From Dehalococcoidia bacterium (GTDB lineage Bacteria; Chloroflexota; Dehalococcoidia; Plut-88900), in NCBI GenBank assembly GCA_965197645.1, contig OZ240219.1:1920001-1984000 (forward strand): DNA of 64,000 nucleotides, in the 5' to 3' direction. Both the position numbers and the translations under genes were made by a program. Positions 19,127 through 29,214 of the stretch are shown here, in pieces. The notes beneath the pieces were generated by a model, which saw only the letters and a list, made by a program, of their open reading frames with translations, was not told the DNA's origin and did not search any database. The stretch's first letter is position 1. The number at the start of each line of letters is the position of its first letter.

Positions 19127-21199
19127 ATGCAGTTCCGAATCGCCGATACGTTCACCGCTAGTCTTGGAAGGCTGACCGGTGATGAGCAGAAGGCCGTCAA
19201 GACGACGGCCTTTGATCTCCAGATGGACCCATTCCGTCCGGGCTTGCAGCTTCACAAAATAGAAGGAGCGCGTGACCGAGACTTCTGGTCTGTCCGGGTC
19301 AGCCGAGACATCAGGATCATCGTACATCAAACGCAAGGCAGTTTCATGCTCTGTTACGTTGATCACCATGACGACGCCTATAGGTGGGCCGAACGCAGGA
19401 AGCTGGAGACCCATCCACGGACTGGCGCGATGCAGATCGTCGAAATGCACGAGACCGTCAGAGAGGTTGAGGTGCCCGTCTACGTCGAAGCAGAACGCCG
19501 AGCACCGCCGAAGCCGCGGCCGGCAGCGGGGATACCAGATGATCAGCTACTGAGTTACGGCGTTCCAGTCGAGTGGCTAGGCAGTGTGCGCGCCGCGGAT
19601 GAGGACGACCTACTGGACATCGCCGACCACCTTCCCGAAGAAGCGAGCGAAGCTTTGTTGCAGATTGCCGCCGGTGAAACTCCACAACCCGCCCTTCCTG
19701 TCCGAGTCGACGCCGACCCGTTTGATCACCCAGACGCGATGAGACGCTTCAGGGTCATGAGGGACATAGAGGAGCTCTCCCAGGCTCTGGAATACCCTTG
19801 GGAGAAGTGGAGCATCTTTCTTCACCCGGCCCAGCGCGCGATCGTCGAGCGCGAGTACACCGGACCCGCAAGAGTGTCGGGCTCGGCGGGAACGGGAAAG
19901 ACCATCGTTGCGCTCCACCGGGCGGTACATCTAGCCCGCACGAACCCCAATGCCAGGGTGTTGCTCACTACCTTTTCTGAGGCCCTTGCCAACGCACTGC
20001 GTGACCGGTTGCGGATTCTCGTCAGCTCAGAGCCGCGGCTAGCGGAGAGAGTTGAGGTCTACTCCCTCGACACACTAGCGAAGAGGTTGTACCAGCTCAA
20101 CCTCGGTGTTCCTTCGTTTGTGTCAGCGGAACAAATCCGAGCGCTGCTTGAGGAGGCGGCCAGTAGTGTCGATGTCAACCGGTTCTCGCTGGGCTTCATG
20201 CTGACGGAGTGGGAACAGGTGGTCGATGCGTGGCAGTTGGATACCTGGGAAGCCTATCGAGAAGTGCCAAGGCTCGGCCGGCGGCGCCGGCTTCCCGAAG
20301 GCCAGCGGCGCTCCCTCTGGTCAGTCTTTGAACACGTCCGGTCCAGCCTCCGCGAGCGAAACCTCATCACTCGCTCGGAAATGTTCGCTCAGCTTGCTAC
20401 CACGTTCGGCGAGACCCAGAGGTCGCCATTCGATTTTATCGTAGTCGACGAGTCACAGGACGTCGGCGTTGCGCAGCTCCGCTTATTGGCAGCCTTGGGA
20501 GCCGACCGAACCAATGGACTCTTTTTCGCCGGAGACCTAGGGCAACGCATCTTTCAGCAACCGTTCTCATGGCAGGCCCTCGGTGTAGAGGTGCGTGGAC
20601 GCTCACGCACTCTGAAAATCAATTACCGTACGTCGCATCAGATCAGGAGGCGCTCCGACCTTCTGCTGGGAGAGGAGATAGCAGATGCTGATGGGAATGC
20701 GGAAGGCCGAGCAGGAACCATATCCGTATTCAACGGACCTGAACCGGCCATAGTGATTTCGCAATCAATCAACGAAGAAGCCAAAGTGGTCGCCAATTGG
20801 CTCACGCAACTGACGGAACGGGGCCTGGAGCCTCACGAGATCAGCGTTTTCGTCAGGTCCACCACACACATCGACCGGGCGTCTATTGCGATTGAGCGGA
20901 CCCGACTAGAACTCATCGTACTAGACAATCAAGTGCAGACAGCCGTCAGCCACGTTTCTGTCGGCACCATGCACTTGGCGAAGGGATTGGAGTTCCGTGC
21001 CGTGGTTGTGATGGCCTGCGACGATGATGTCATCCCACTCCAGCAGCGAATCGAGTCGGTCACCGACGACTCCGACCTCGAGGATGTCTACAACACCGAA
21101 CGGCATCTGCTCTACGTCGCCTGCACGCGTGCCAGGGACCATCTCCTGGTCACAGGCGTCGAACCCGCGTCGGAGTTCCTGGAAGATCTCCAGGTATGA
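19127..21199 (+). CDS. UvrD-like SF1 helicase with an N-terminal RelE/ParE-like domain
   Basis: GSAGTGKT, VDESQD, NYRT, HLAKGLEF and LYVACTRA motifs. N-terminus ...GLQLHKIEG...FWSVRVSRDIRII. Confidence 0.85.
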   Translation: MQFRIADTFTASLGRLTGDEQKAVKTTAFDLQMDPFRPGLQLHKIEGARDRDFWSVRVSRDIRIIVHQTQGSFMLCYVDHHDDAYRWAERRKLETHPRTGAMQIVEMHETVREVEVPVYVEAERRAPPKPRPAAGIPDDQLLSYGVPVEWLGSVRAADEDDLLDIADHLPEEASEALLQIAAGETPQPALPVRVDADPFDHPDAMRRFRVMRDIEELSQALEYPWEKWSIFLHPAQRAIVEREYTGPARVSGSAGTGKTIVALHRAVHLARTNPNARVLLTTFSEALANALRDRLRILVSSEPRLAERVEVYSLDTLAKRLYQLNLGVPSFVSAEQIRALLEEAASSVDVNRFSLGFMLTEWEQVVDAWQLDTWEAYREVPRLGRRRRLPEGQRRSLWSVFEHVRSSLRERNLITRSEMFAQLATTFGETQRSPFDFIVVDESQDVGVAQLRLLAALGADRTNGLFFAGDLGQRIFQQPFSWQALGVEVRGRSRTLKINYRTSHQIRRRSDLLLGEEIADADGNAEGRAGTISVFNGPEPAIVISQSINEEAKVVANWLTQLTERGLEPHEISVFVRSTTHIDRASIAIERTRLELIVLDNQVQTAVSHVSVGTMHLAKGLEFRAVVVMACDDDVIPLQQRIESVTDDSDLEDVYNTERHLLYVACTRARDHLLVTGVEPASEFLEDLQV

Positions 21200-21570
21200 G
21201 TAGCGACGATGTCGCCTCGCTCCGCTTCCAAGACTACCAGCCGCTGTTCGACCAAGCGACGCTGCACGGCAAAGTACTTTCGCCGCCCGTCCAGCGACAT
21301 CCTCAATCTCTTGAGACCGGATGGGAGAGTCTCTTTCAGCTTCTTGAGCCGGGCCTCCAGCTCGTCCCCGCGTTTCCTCTGCCGCCTATCGGCTATGGAA
21401 CCGATCCCATCCTGTAGCGCACGATCCAAGCTGTCGCACACCCGGTGTGTCAGCCGGTCTGACTTCACGTTGGAGGTCACTGCCCCGCGGTCGATCTCCA
21501 GCACCCGCGCCGTACCCCCTAAATCTCCACTCCCACACCAACATCCCTGCCGGACCGGAACTCTCCCCAT

Positions 21571-22326
21571 TCACCCCCTGACGATCCCCTGCCGGTCGCT
21601 TCCCGACGCCTTCCGGTTGAGCGCCTTATCGAGGATGGAAAAGACTTCGTGGATGCCGGGGCTCTCTACCACGGGGACGGAAGTTTCCTCCTGCACTAGC
21701 AATGCGTGGGCGACTAACCCGGCCACCTGCAGCAGGTAGTCGCAGCCAGAGCTTCTAAATACGGGGCCTCCGATGACGTTCTCCACGGGGATGTTCCTGA
21801 TCCTCTCTCCCTCCTCCCATAGCTCGTACCTGCTGGGCACGGGGTTGAACTTCCTCAGCCGCCGGTAGGTACTGGTGATCATGTCCTCGTTGCCGTCATC
21901 AAAGATGAGGAAAGCGTACCGGCCAGACGACTTGACCGAGGCGTTGATGCGGTTGAGGAGCCGGTCGAGGCTGACCTGGACGTACCGCTCGCAGTTCGTT
22001 TTCCGCAGGCACACGTTTATCACCTCGACGCCGCCCATGCCCCTTGCGGCTTCCTCGATGAGGCGCAGCCCACCCCGGAAGATCTCAGCTCCCTGTACCG
22101 GGGTGAGCAGCCGGCAGATCTCCCCATCCGGGACCAGCATACCCTTCGCCAGCAGCTCGCAGGGGCGAAGCTCTCTACCGGTAGGGATGCCGTAGTGGCG
22201 ACGCAGTTCGATCCTCCACTCCCGGATGTCCCGGAACAGGTCGTTCCACCGCTCTGCGTCCACGCCCAGGGCGGAGCGAACATAGTACCTGGGACCCTCG
22301 GACTCGTTGATGTAGTACAGCCTCAT
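21571..22326 (-). CDS. DUF3800-like (RNase H fold) protein with degenerate acidic residues
   Basis: LYYINESE, LIFDDG and YLLQVAGLVAHAL resemble YxDESG / LQxAD motifs with substitutions. Confidence 0.65.
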   Translation of the reverse strand: MRLYYINESEGPRYYVRSALGVDAERWNDLFRDIREWRIELRRHYGIPTGRELRPCELLAKGMLVPDGEICRLLTPVQGAEIFRGGLRLIEEAARGMGGVEVINVCLRKTNCERYVQVSLDRLLNRINASVKSSGRYAFLIFDDGNEDMITSTYRRLRKFNPVPSRYELWEEGERIRNIPVENVIGGPVFRSSGCDYLLQVAGLVAHALLVQEETSVPVVESPGIHEVFSILDKALNRKASGSDRQGIVRG

Positions 22327-22354
22327 GGCTTTCACGTTTCTATGGGATTCGTCG

Positions 22355-24025
22355 TTAGACAGCACCCACATCGAGTTCGGGACTGCTCCGGAAGGCGTAG
22401 CCGGGTTCCGAGCCGCCCGTCGTGTGCCAGGCCCGGCCCAGAGGCCCCACCTTGTCCAGCAACCTCCTGTGGGAGACGAACAGGGGGACTTGAACCCTAG
22501 ACTGGCCCATCTCCTCCCTCGCCACCCGCAGGAAGTGGCCCGCCGCCAGGTCGTCGTGGAAGACTACGAGGACTGAGGGTTGTACTCCATGGTCGTCGGT
22601 AGGCCGGTGGGACGAGAAATAGCGCAGGTAGGGGGCGAGCCGGTCGGCCATGGTCGTCGGCCGTACGGCACGGCGCTCCCACTCGAGAAAGAAGGGCCGT
22701 GTGTCGGCGCCCCTACGCAGGACGCCGAAGGCATCGGGGTGGACGGAGCGCAGCGAGTCCCCTTGACGGAAATATCTCGCCGCCCGCAGGGGCGGGTCTA
22801 GCTGGACCAGCTCCCATCCCAGGGAGCGGGCCCGGCGTGCCAGGGCAGCCATGAAGCCGTGGACCGCCGCCGTGTGATCGAGGTTCCTAAGCAGCTGGCG
22901 GCTTCTCCTGCCCGAGACGTTGCGCCATCCGAAGGGGACCTGCTGGTCTATCGGTGTCACACTCCACCGCCTCTTTGCCACGCCCACCGAGGTGCGGTCC
23001 CTGCGCGCCAGCAGGGCCAGCCCGGCGCCGGTGAGGGCCAGGCGGCGGCCGGCTGCGTGAACACGGGTCGCCAGGCCGAACCGTTCCAGGGAGCTCAACA
23101 GCTGGGATACCCTGGGACCCGAGACGCCCAGCAACCCAGCCAGGTCCTTCGCCGTTATCCAGGGCCAGTCGTGGAGGAGGTCGAGGGCGCGCTTCTCGGC
23201 GGGCTTGAGCAGGGCCGGCAGCATATGATCAGGGACGTCCTGCCCAGGGGCATCAGGGACCAGGTCTTCGGGCAGGGCCGCCCAGTCCAGGGGCCGCTCC
23301 GCCGGAAGAACGCCGCCAGGAACTGCTCGGGCCAGCCCCGACCTCAGGTCGATGGCTGCTCCTGTCGAAGGCAGATGCCATATCGGGTCGTCCTCGCCGG
23401 CCAGGACCGCATCCCGCTCCAGCGCCAGCAGGGCCGGTACGGTAAGGCCGGCCAGCAGCCTGCCGGCGTGTCTCAGCCGCACATCGTCCGGCAAGAGGAA
23501 GAGGAGAGCGCCGGGGAGGGGCCCATCTCTGAGCCGCCACAGCCGCTTGGCGAAGCCCGTCCTATCGGAGGTGCGTCCCTGCCGGACGATACCGACGGTC
23601 CGGCCATCGGGTAGTGCAACAACGGCGTCCATTGGCATGGCCCTGTACCAGCGCAGATTTATGGGGTGGACGACGCCGGAGACGATCGATGCCAAACGGT
23701 AGATGACGGCCACGGCGTCGAGGCGCCCCATCAGGAGACGACGCCAGTGGGCCGAGACGGGAAAGCCGCGAAGCAGCTCGTCCAGGCTCATGTCCTCGTG
23801 ATGGGCCAGCCGCCTCAGACCGGCGACAGTGAGGTGGAACCTTCTAGCCGGTGGAGTTAGATCGGTGGCGTGGGGGACGGCGGCGGCCAGTCCCTGGTCT
23901 TCCAGCTTGCGCACTCCTGCGTAGACCGCTCCCCTGGACATTCCCAAGATGGCCGTCATGTCCAGCCGGTCGAGGAAAGGCATCTCGGCCATGAGAGGAA
24001 GCAGCGGGCCTTCGATGGGTTTCAT
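22355..24025 (-). CDS. Replication-relaxation (Replic_Relax) family relaxase, internally duplicated
   Basis: Two wHTH-like halves, HTAAVH, HPDAFG...FFLEWER, and position directly after VirD4. Confidence 0.75.
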   Translation of the reverse strand: MKPIEGPLLPLMAEMPFLDRLDMTAILGMSRGAVYAGVRKLEDQGLAAAVPHATDLTPPARRFHLTVAGLRRLAHHEDMSLDELLRGFPVSAHWRRLLMGRLDAVAVIYRLASIVSGVVHPINLRWYRAMPMDAVVALPDGRTVGIVRQGRTSDRTGFAKRLWRLRDGPLPGALLFLLPDDVRLRHAGRLLAGLTVPALLALERDAVLAGEDDPIWHLPSTGAAIDLRSGLARAVPGGVLPAERPLDWAALPEDLVPDAPGQDVPDHMLPALLKPAEKRALDLLHDWPWITAKDLAGLLGVSGPRVSQLLSSLERFGLATRVHAAGRRLALTGAGLALLARRDRTSVGVAKRRWSVTPIDQQVPFGWRNVSGRRSRQLLRNLDHTAAVHGFMAALARRARSLGWELVQLDPPLRAARYFRQGDSLRSVHPDAFGVLRRGADTRPFFLEWERRAVRPTTMADRLAPYLRYFSSHRPTDDHGVQPSVLVVFHDDLAAGHFLRVAREEMGQSRVQVPLFVSHRRLLDKVGPLGRAWHTTGGSEPGYAFRSSPELDVGAV

Positions 24026-26631
24026 TCCCTCTCATCCCCGTTCCCAGCCGCCTTGTAGTCGGCTAGGCCGTCCCGGTCATGCTTGCTGCGACGCTTCCAC
24101 CGCCGCAAGGGCTGAAGGGCCTCGCTCTCCTCCTCTTTAGCTTCTTGCCGCGGAGAGGAGTCTTCGCCTTTCTCTATGGTGTCCAGGCCTCGCCTGTACT
24201 CCTGCACCTTCTTCTGCGCTTCTGCATCGCCGCCGGCTATGTCCCGGGCATCGGTGACATATGAGGAGGTCCCGGCGCGAATGTGGGCCGCCCTCTCCGG
24301 GTCTCCCCCCTCTGGTTTGCGCACCATCATGGAGAAGGCGGGTACCCGCGTGGTGCCCACGGTGGCGCGGACGTAGCAGTGGTACACCGGCAGGGACGTG
24401 ATGTCCTCCTCGGACACCCGGTCCCTGCCCAGCTCCCACACCAGCTGGCGGGCGTCTGACCCGGCGACCTGGAAGACGGCCAGGCAGCCGACGTTGGCCA
24501 GCAGGGTGTCCCGCATGGTGTGGGAGAGGTCGTCCAGCTTGGCCAGGCTCTGGGTGGCCAGGATGAAGGAGGCCCCGAACTTCCCCAGCTCCGACAGCAT
24601 GCTCTCGTAATCGACGCCGGGCATCGACTGCATCTCGTCCACCACCACCAGGGCGCCTCGCCGCTTCTCGAAGGGCAGGCTTCCCTGCTCCCGTATCACG
24701 GCGTCCACGAGGTTGAGCAGCGAAGCGCCCACCAGGGCCGCCACGTCCCGACCCGCCGTCCCCTGGGCGGTGGAGACCAGCAGGATGCCGCCGTCCCGGA
24801 TGGTACTGCGAAGGTCGATGGTGGAGCGGGGCTGTCCCAGGATGGCCCTTGCCCGCTTGGAGGATGCGTAGTAGGAGAGGCGGGTCTGCACCGGCGCCAG
24901 CGCCTCCGCCTTGTACTGGCGGTGCCAGCTGGCGAAGTCCCGGGCCCACCACTCCAGGAGGTAGGGGTCGTCCACCTTGGCCAGGACGGAGTTGCGGAAG
25001 GGATCGTTGGAGAGCAGCTTCAAACCATCGAGAATGGTGTGCTGCTCCTCGGCGCTCGTCGTCGGGTGCTCATTGGCCTCGTGGAGGGTCTTGACCGTCT
25101 GCTCCAGGATCGACTGCATCCTGGGCCCCCACTGGTCCCAGAGGCCCCTGGCCACGCGCACCACCGAATCGGCGGTGCGGTCCCTGTCCTCGAAGATCCT
25201 GGTGTCCAGCAGGTTGATGCCGGGAGCGCCCCGGTCGTCCGCCAGATCAATGAGGCGCACCCGGTGGATGAGAGACTCCGGGACCTGTTCCAAGAGCCCC
25301 TCCACCAAGTCGGCGTGGGGGTCGACGACGACGATGGCGTCGTCATCCCTGCCCGCCGCCTTCTCCTGCATCTTGTGAACCACGATGTGGTGCATCAGGG
25401 TGGACTTGCCCATGCGGGTGCGGGCCACGTAGAGGTGGTGGCGACGGGCCACGTCGCCGGGGAAGTGGACCTTCCGCGGCGTTCCCGTGGTGGTGTCCCC
25501 CACGTGCGCCCCGTCCTCGACGCTACGCGCCGTGGGAAGGAGCACCCTGGCCCCTGAGCGGGTCACCAGGGGCGTTTCGTCCCGCTCTCCCGGCGGGTGC
25601 CATAGAGCGGCTACCTCCCTGACGCCCAGGATGCTGCGCCTACCCAAGAGCCCCGAACCTACGGGGTGCAGGGATACTGTGGGCACAGCCGGCCGTACCT
25701 TACCCACTGTGAACCTTGCCCCGGCGGGGTTGTCGTAGTGGCGGTATGCCGCCCCCACCTGGCCCAGCAGCTCCCTGGCCCGTTGGGGCCGGCTCCCCTG
25801 GGGCAGGACGGCGACGACCTGAAGCTCGGCGTCGAAGGCGATGCGGGAGACCTTCTCCTTTATCAGCAGCGGGTCGTACACCCGGGAGCGAACCCTCTTC
25901 CAGCGGTGCCAGGCCCAGCCCGCCACCGCCAGCCCCAGGGCCGTGCCCGCGCCCAGCAGGACCGCCTTCCAGGTCTCCCCTGCCTGAACCCACAGGTAGC
26001 CCTTGACGGTCGCCAGCACCGCCACTCCCAGGACGGCCATGGTGATACCGTCGACCTGGAGGGGCCTGGTCTGGTAGGTGTAGGGCGGGTCCTGGCGCTC
26101 GACCACCGGGCGCTTGTGGGCCCTGTCCATGTGGGCCTGCGACCAGTCGGGTCCCAGGGAACGCAGAAGCAGCCGCGCCACGATGCGCTCTCCCGCCTTC
26201 AGGTCCGACAGGGAGCCCAGGAGGGTGAGTAGGGGATCGGAGCCGGGGTCCAGCAGGTCGTCGTCTCGGAAGGTGCGCAGTGGCACGTACTCGGGGCCGC
26301 TGGACCGCAGGGTCATGCTCCACGCCTGCTCTCCCTCGCCGGGGCGCAGGGGGTCCTCTTCCTCGGGCACCTCGCGTATGCTGGCCTGGGGATAGTGGAT
26401 CAATATCTGCTGCCGCACCACCTCGCCGTCGAGGCAGCGGGCCATCAGCGTGACGCCGTCGGCCTCCCCCGCCAGCTCCAGGGAGAAGGGCTCGGGGACG
26501 GCGATGGACTGGAGCAGGTTCTCCACGCCCAGCAGGGTGCGCTCCCCCGTGCGCGGCGGCGTCACCGCCAGCAGCACCGGGGACCTGGGGGTGGTCTGGC
26601 CGAACAGTATGTGCTTGGGGTTGAGATTCAT
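24022..26631 (-). CDS. VirD4/TraD-like type IV coupling protein
   Basis: Two TM segments, ARTRMGKST Walker A variant, VVVDPHAD, VVDEMQ, LATQSL and LLANVG motifs. Confidence 0.85.
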   Translation of the reverse strand: MNLNPKHILFGQTTPRSPVLLAVTPPRTGERTLLGVENLLQSIAVPEPFSLELAGEADGVTLMARCLDGEVVRQQILIHYPQASIREVPEEEDPLRPGEGEQAWSMTLRSSGPEYVPLRTFRDDDLLDPGSDPLLTLLGSLSDLKAGERIVARLLLRSLGPDWSQAHMDRAHKRPVVERQDPPYTYQTRPLQVDGITMAVLGVAVLATVKGYLWVQAGETWKAVLLGAGTALGLAVAGWAWHRWKRVRSRVYDPLLIKEKVSRIAFDAELQVVAVLPQGSRPQRARELLGQVGAAYRHYDNPAGARFTVGKVRPAVPTVSLHPVGSGLLGRRSILGVREVAALWHPPGERDETPLVTRSGARVLLPTARSVEDGAHVGDTTTGTPRKVHFPGDVARRHHLYVARTRMGKSTLMHHIVVHKMQEKAAGRDDDAIVVVDPHADLVEGLLEQVPESLIHRVRLIDLADDRGAPGINLLDTRIFEDRDRTADSVVRVARGLWDQWGPRMQSILEQTVKTLHEANEHPTTSAEEQHTILDGLKLLSNDPFRNSVLAKVDDPYLLEWWARDFASWHRQYKAEALAPVQTRLSYYASSKRARAILGQPRSTIDLRSTIRDGGILLVSTAQGTAGRDVAALVGASLLNLVDAVIREQGSLPFEKRRGALVVVDEMQSMPGVDYESMLSELGKFGASFILATQSLAKLDDLSHTMRDTLLANVGCLAVFQVAGSDARQLVWELGRDRVSEEDITSLPVYHCYVRATVGTTRVPAFSMMVRKPEGGDPERAAHIRAGTSSYVTDARDIAGGDAEAQKKVQEYRRGLDTIEKGEDSSPRQEAKEEESEALQPLRRWKRRSKHDRDGLADYKAAGNGDERE

Positions 26632-26658
26632 TGTTTTCTCCCTTCCGTTCCGGTGTGC

Positions 26659-28881
26659 CTACCTGTGAGAGCCAGGTTTCCACTCGATGACCTCGGCCTC
26701 CTCGGGGGTGGCCTCGATGCGCACGGGGAAGCGGCCGCCCCTGGCGAGAAGAAGCCCGTCCCCCCTGGGACAGGACAGCAGCCAGCGCTGCAGCTCCTCG
26801 GGAAGGTCGAAGGCGTCTCCCACCGTGCTGATGGCGGCGGCGTCCTGCTGAAGCAGCAGCTTGAAGGCGGCGTTCTGCAGGAGGGCTCTCCCCGAGTGGC
26901 CGGTGATGGCCCGGGAGGAGTCCTCGCTGAGGAGGTCCTGGACGTCCTGGGTGATGAACTGCAGCCCCAGCCGGTGCTTGCGGGCCCGCTTGGCCATGGA
27001 GACCATGAAGGCAGCTCCCTCCGGGTGCTGCATGATCGACCACACCTCGTCGACAACCAGCAGCCGTGGCTTGGGGTCCCGTCCCGCCGCGGCCCACACC
27101 GTCTCGGTGCAAACCATCGCCGCGGCGGGACGGAGCTCCGGCTCCAGCAGACGCAGGTCGAACACCGTGACCAGCGCCTCCTTGGACAGGAGATCGTCCC
27201 CCTCGTCGGAGAGGAGGTGTCTGAGGCTGCCGGTGGCGAAGGGTCGCAGCAGCCGTGCCAGGTCGCCGTCTCCGTCGCTTTCGAGATAGGCGTAGAAGTT
27301 CTTGAAGCCGGTGCGCTCCCGGGGCTGGGCGTAGTAGCCCGCCAGGGAGTGGTCCAGGGAGGCCCGGCGCTCCGCGCCGAGGTTCTCCCCCACCATCACC
27401 TCGATCAGCCTTCTCAGGCTGCCGATGCGCTGCAGAAGCTCCTCCGAGTCTCCCCCCTTGATGACGAAGGGGTTCATGCCCTGGCCGGGCACCCCCGGTG
27501 AGAGCACCCTGCCGCCCGCGGCCCGGGCCATGTCGGCGTACTCCCCCTCCGGGTCGATGACGTAGGCCGTTACTCCCCGTGTGATGCCTCGAAGGACGCC
27601 GAGCTTGGTTGCGAAAGATTTACCTGACCCGGACCTTGCGAGGACGGCCGTGTTGGCGTTGAGGTGGGTGCCGTCCCAGGGGTCGTAGTCGATGGGGGAG
27701 CAGGCCCGCAGGTCGATGCCGTAGAGGGTTCCGCTGCGGGTGTCCAGGTCCGGCGGAGAGAAGGGGAACAGCCTCGCCAGGCTGGAGGTGTCCAGAGTGC
27801 GCCACACCGCCACGGCGTTGAGGGCCAGGGGCAGTGTTGACAGCATCCCCTCCCTTTGGCGAAAGGACAGGGCGTCCAGCTTGCCCAACGTGGCGGCGAA
27901 GTGGGCCCTGGCCCGTTGGGTGATCTCCTTGAGGGATTTTAGGTCGTTGGCGTGTAATGTGATCGATAGAGACGAGTGAAACAGCCGCTCCCTTCCCCGC
28001 TGCACCTCGTCTCTGAGCCGGGTGACATCCTCCAGGGCGATCTCGGCCTCCGGCGACATAGTGCGGCCCCGCTTGAAGGAGAGGGACTGGGCAGACTCGA
28101 AGCGCACCTTCTGCCACTCCAGGGTGCGAGCTGCCTGCTCCGCCGGTATCGGCCCCAGGTGGATGGACAGGTCCATGGGCGCTCCCGCCGCCATGAGGCT
28201 CTGCAGGAAGCCGGGGGCCAGGGACCGGGGCCACTTGCCCAGGTGCAGCGAGCGGGTGAGGCGGCCGCCAGTCGGATGGCCTGGAGGACCGATACGGATG
28301 TCCCGGCGGTTGATCTCCACCTCCACCGGCTCGCTCTCGTCGACCTCCCTGGGAGAGCCACCCAGGGTCGCGGCCAGGAGGAACATCCGTAGCTGGCGGC
28401 CCTGCAGAGGGTGGACCGACAGACCGGCCCTTGCCAGCAGGCCCCGCAGCTCCTCCACCCGCTCGAACTCGCAGGCGGCGTAGAAGCGCCGGTCGAGGAT
28501 GCCCTCGCGGGCTTCGAGGTCGGTCAACAGGCGCTGAAGCGACTCCGAGGCCACCTTCGTCTGCGGGGGCAGATCATCGGGCTGGGCTTGGGCGAGGTCC
28601 TCTCGAAGGCGGTCCAGGCCGGGCGGGTGCTGGCGCACCAGAAGCTGCACCGGAAAGTCCAGGGCGTTGAGGGCGCCGGCGAAGGCACCAATCTTGGGTT
28701 GGTCCAGCTCCAGGCCCATCACCTCGCAGACGCCCAGCTTCACCCTGTCCAGTCGAACCGGCCCGTCCTCCTCCAGGTGGGAGAGCATGAAGCAGAGGGG
28801 CAGTGGGAGCGGGGGCTTCCCCGCCTGTGGCTGCCCGGCGTTAACGTCGGGAGGTTTCTTCTTCTTGGGTATGAGTCTCAA
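26659..28881 (-). CDS. VirB4-like conjugation ATPase
   Basis: ARSGSGKS, VIDPEGEY, VVDEVW and RARKHRLGLQFITQ motifs. Confidence 0.88.
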   Translation of the reverse strand: MRLIPKKKKPPDVNAGQPQAGKPPLPLPLCFMLSHLEEDGPVRLDRVKLGVCEVMGLELDQPKIGAFAGALNALDFPVQLLVRQHPPGLDRLREDLAQAQPDDLPPQTKVASESLQRLLTDLEAREGILDRRFYAACEFERVEELRGLLARAGLSVHPLQGRQLRMFLLAATLGGSPREVDESEPVEVEINRRDIRIGPPGHPTGGRLTRSLHLGKWPRSLAPGFLQSLMAAGAPMDLSIHLGPIPAEQAARTLEWQKVRFESAQSLSFKRGRTMSPEAEIALEDVTRLRDEVQRGRERLFHSSLSITLHANDLKSLKEITQRARAHFAATLGKLDALSFRQREGMLSTLPLALNAVAVWRTLDTSSLARLFPFSPPDLDTRSGTLYGIDLRACSPIDYDPWDGTHLNANTAVLARSGSGKSFATKLGVLRGITRGVTAYVIDPEGEYADMARAAGGRVLSPGVPGQGMNPFVIKGGDSEELLQRIGSLRRLIEVMVGENLGAERRASLDHSLAGYYAQPRERTGFKNFYAYLESDGDGDLARLLRPFATGSLRHLLSDEGDDLLSKEALVTVFDLRLLEPELRPAAAMVCTETVWAAAGRDPKPRLLVVDEVWSIMQHPEGAAFMVSMAKRARKHRLGLQFITQDVQDLLSEDSSRAITGHSGRALLQNAAFKLLLQQDAAAISTVGDAFDLPEELQRWLLSCPRGDGLLLARGGRFPVRIEATPEEAEVIEWKPGSHR

Positions 28882-28902
28882 CTCCGTGTTCTCCTTGCTC
28901 TG

Positions 28903-29214
28903 CTATGGAATAGGTACGATGCCGTTCAACAGGGCCACCGCCACACCCTTGGCCGACAGGACAAGGACCAATCCAATAACCGCACCGACGACGGCGCTCC
29001 TGGCCCTTCCTCCACCCCGCTCCTCGCCTCCCTCGGCCATCAGGACGAACCCCGCCCAGACGATGGCAAAGAGGCACAGGCCAGCGGCGGCGTAGGCCAT
29101 TGCGGTCAGGACGTCGTTGACCGCCCGGAGCATCTCTTGCTCCTCGGCCGGGGCCGCTCCCGTCGAAACCAGCGCGGCCCCGGAGAGAAGCAGTACTGTG
29201 GCGAGCCGTCTCAC
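28903..29214 (-). CDS. TrbC/VirB2-like pilin
   Basis: Signal peptide plus two hydrophobic helices (IVWAGFVLM...ARSAVVGAVIGLVLVL). Confidence 0.7.
   Translation of the reverse strand: MRRLATVLLLSGAALVSTGAAPAEEQEMLRAVNDVLTAMAYAAAGLCLFAIVWAGFVLMAEGGEERGGGRARSAVVGAVIGLVLVLSAKGVAVALLNGIVPIP

Noticed and set aside
21112-21570. Minus-strand coiled-coil-like ORF as a possible recombinase remnant or element boundary
   Set aside because: No catalytic motif or clear start, it overlaps the helicase end, and no att-like repeat was found by eye.
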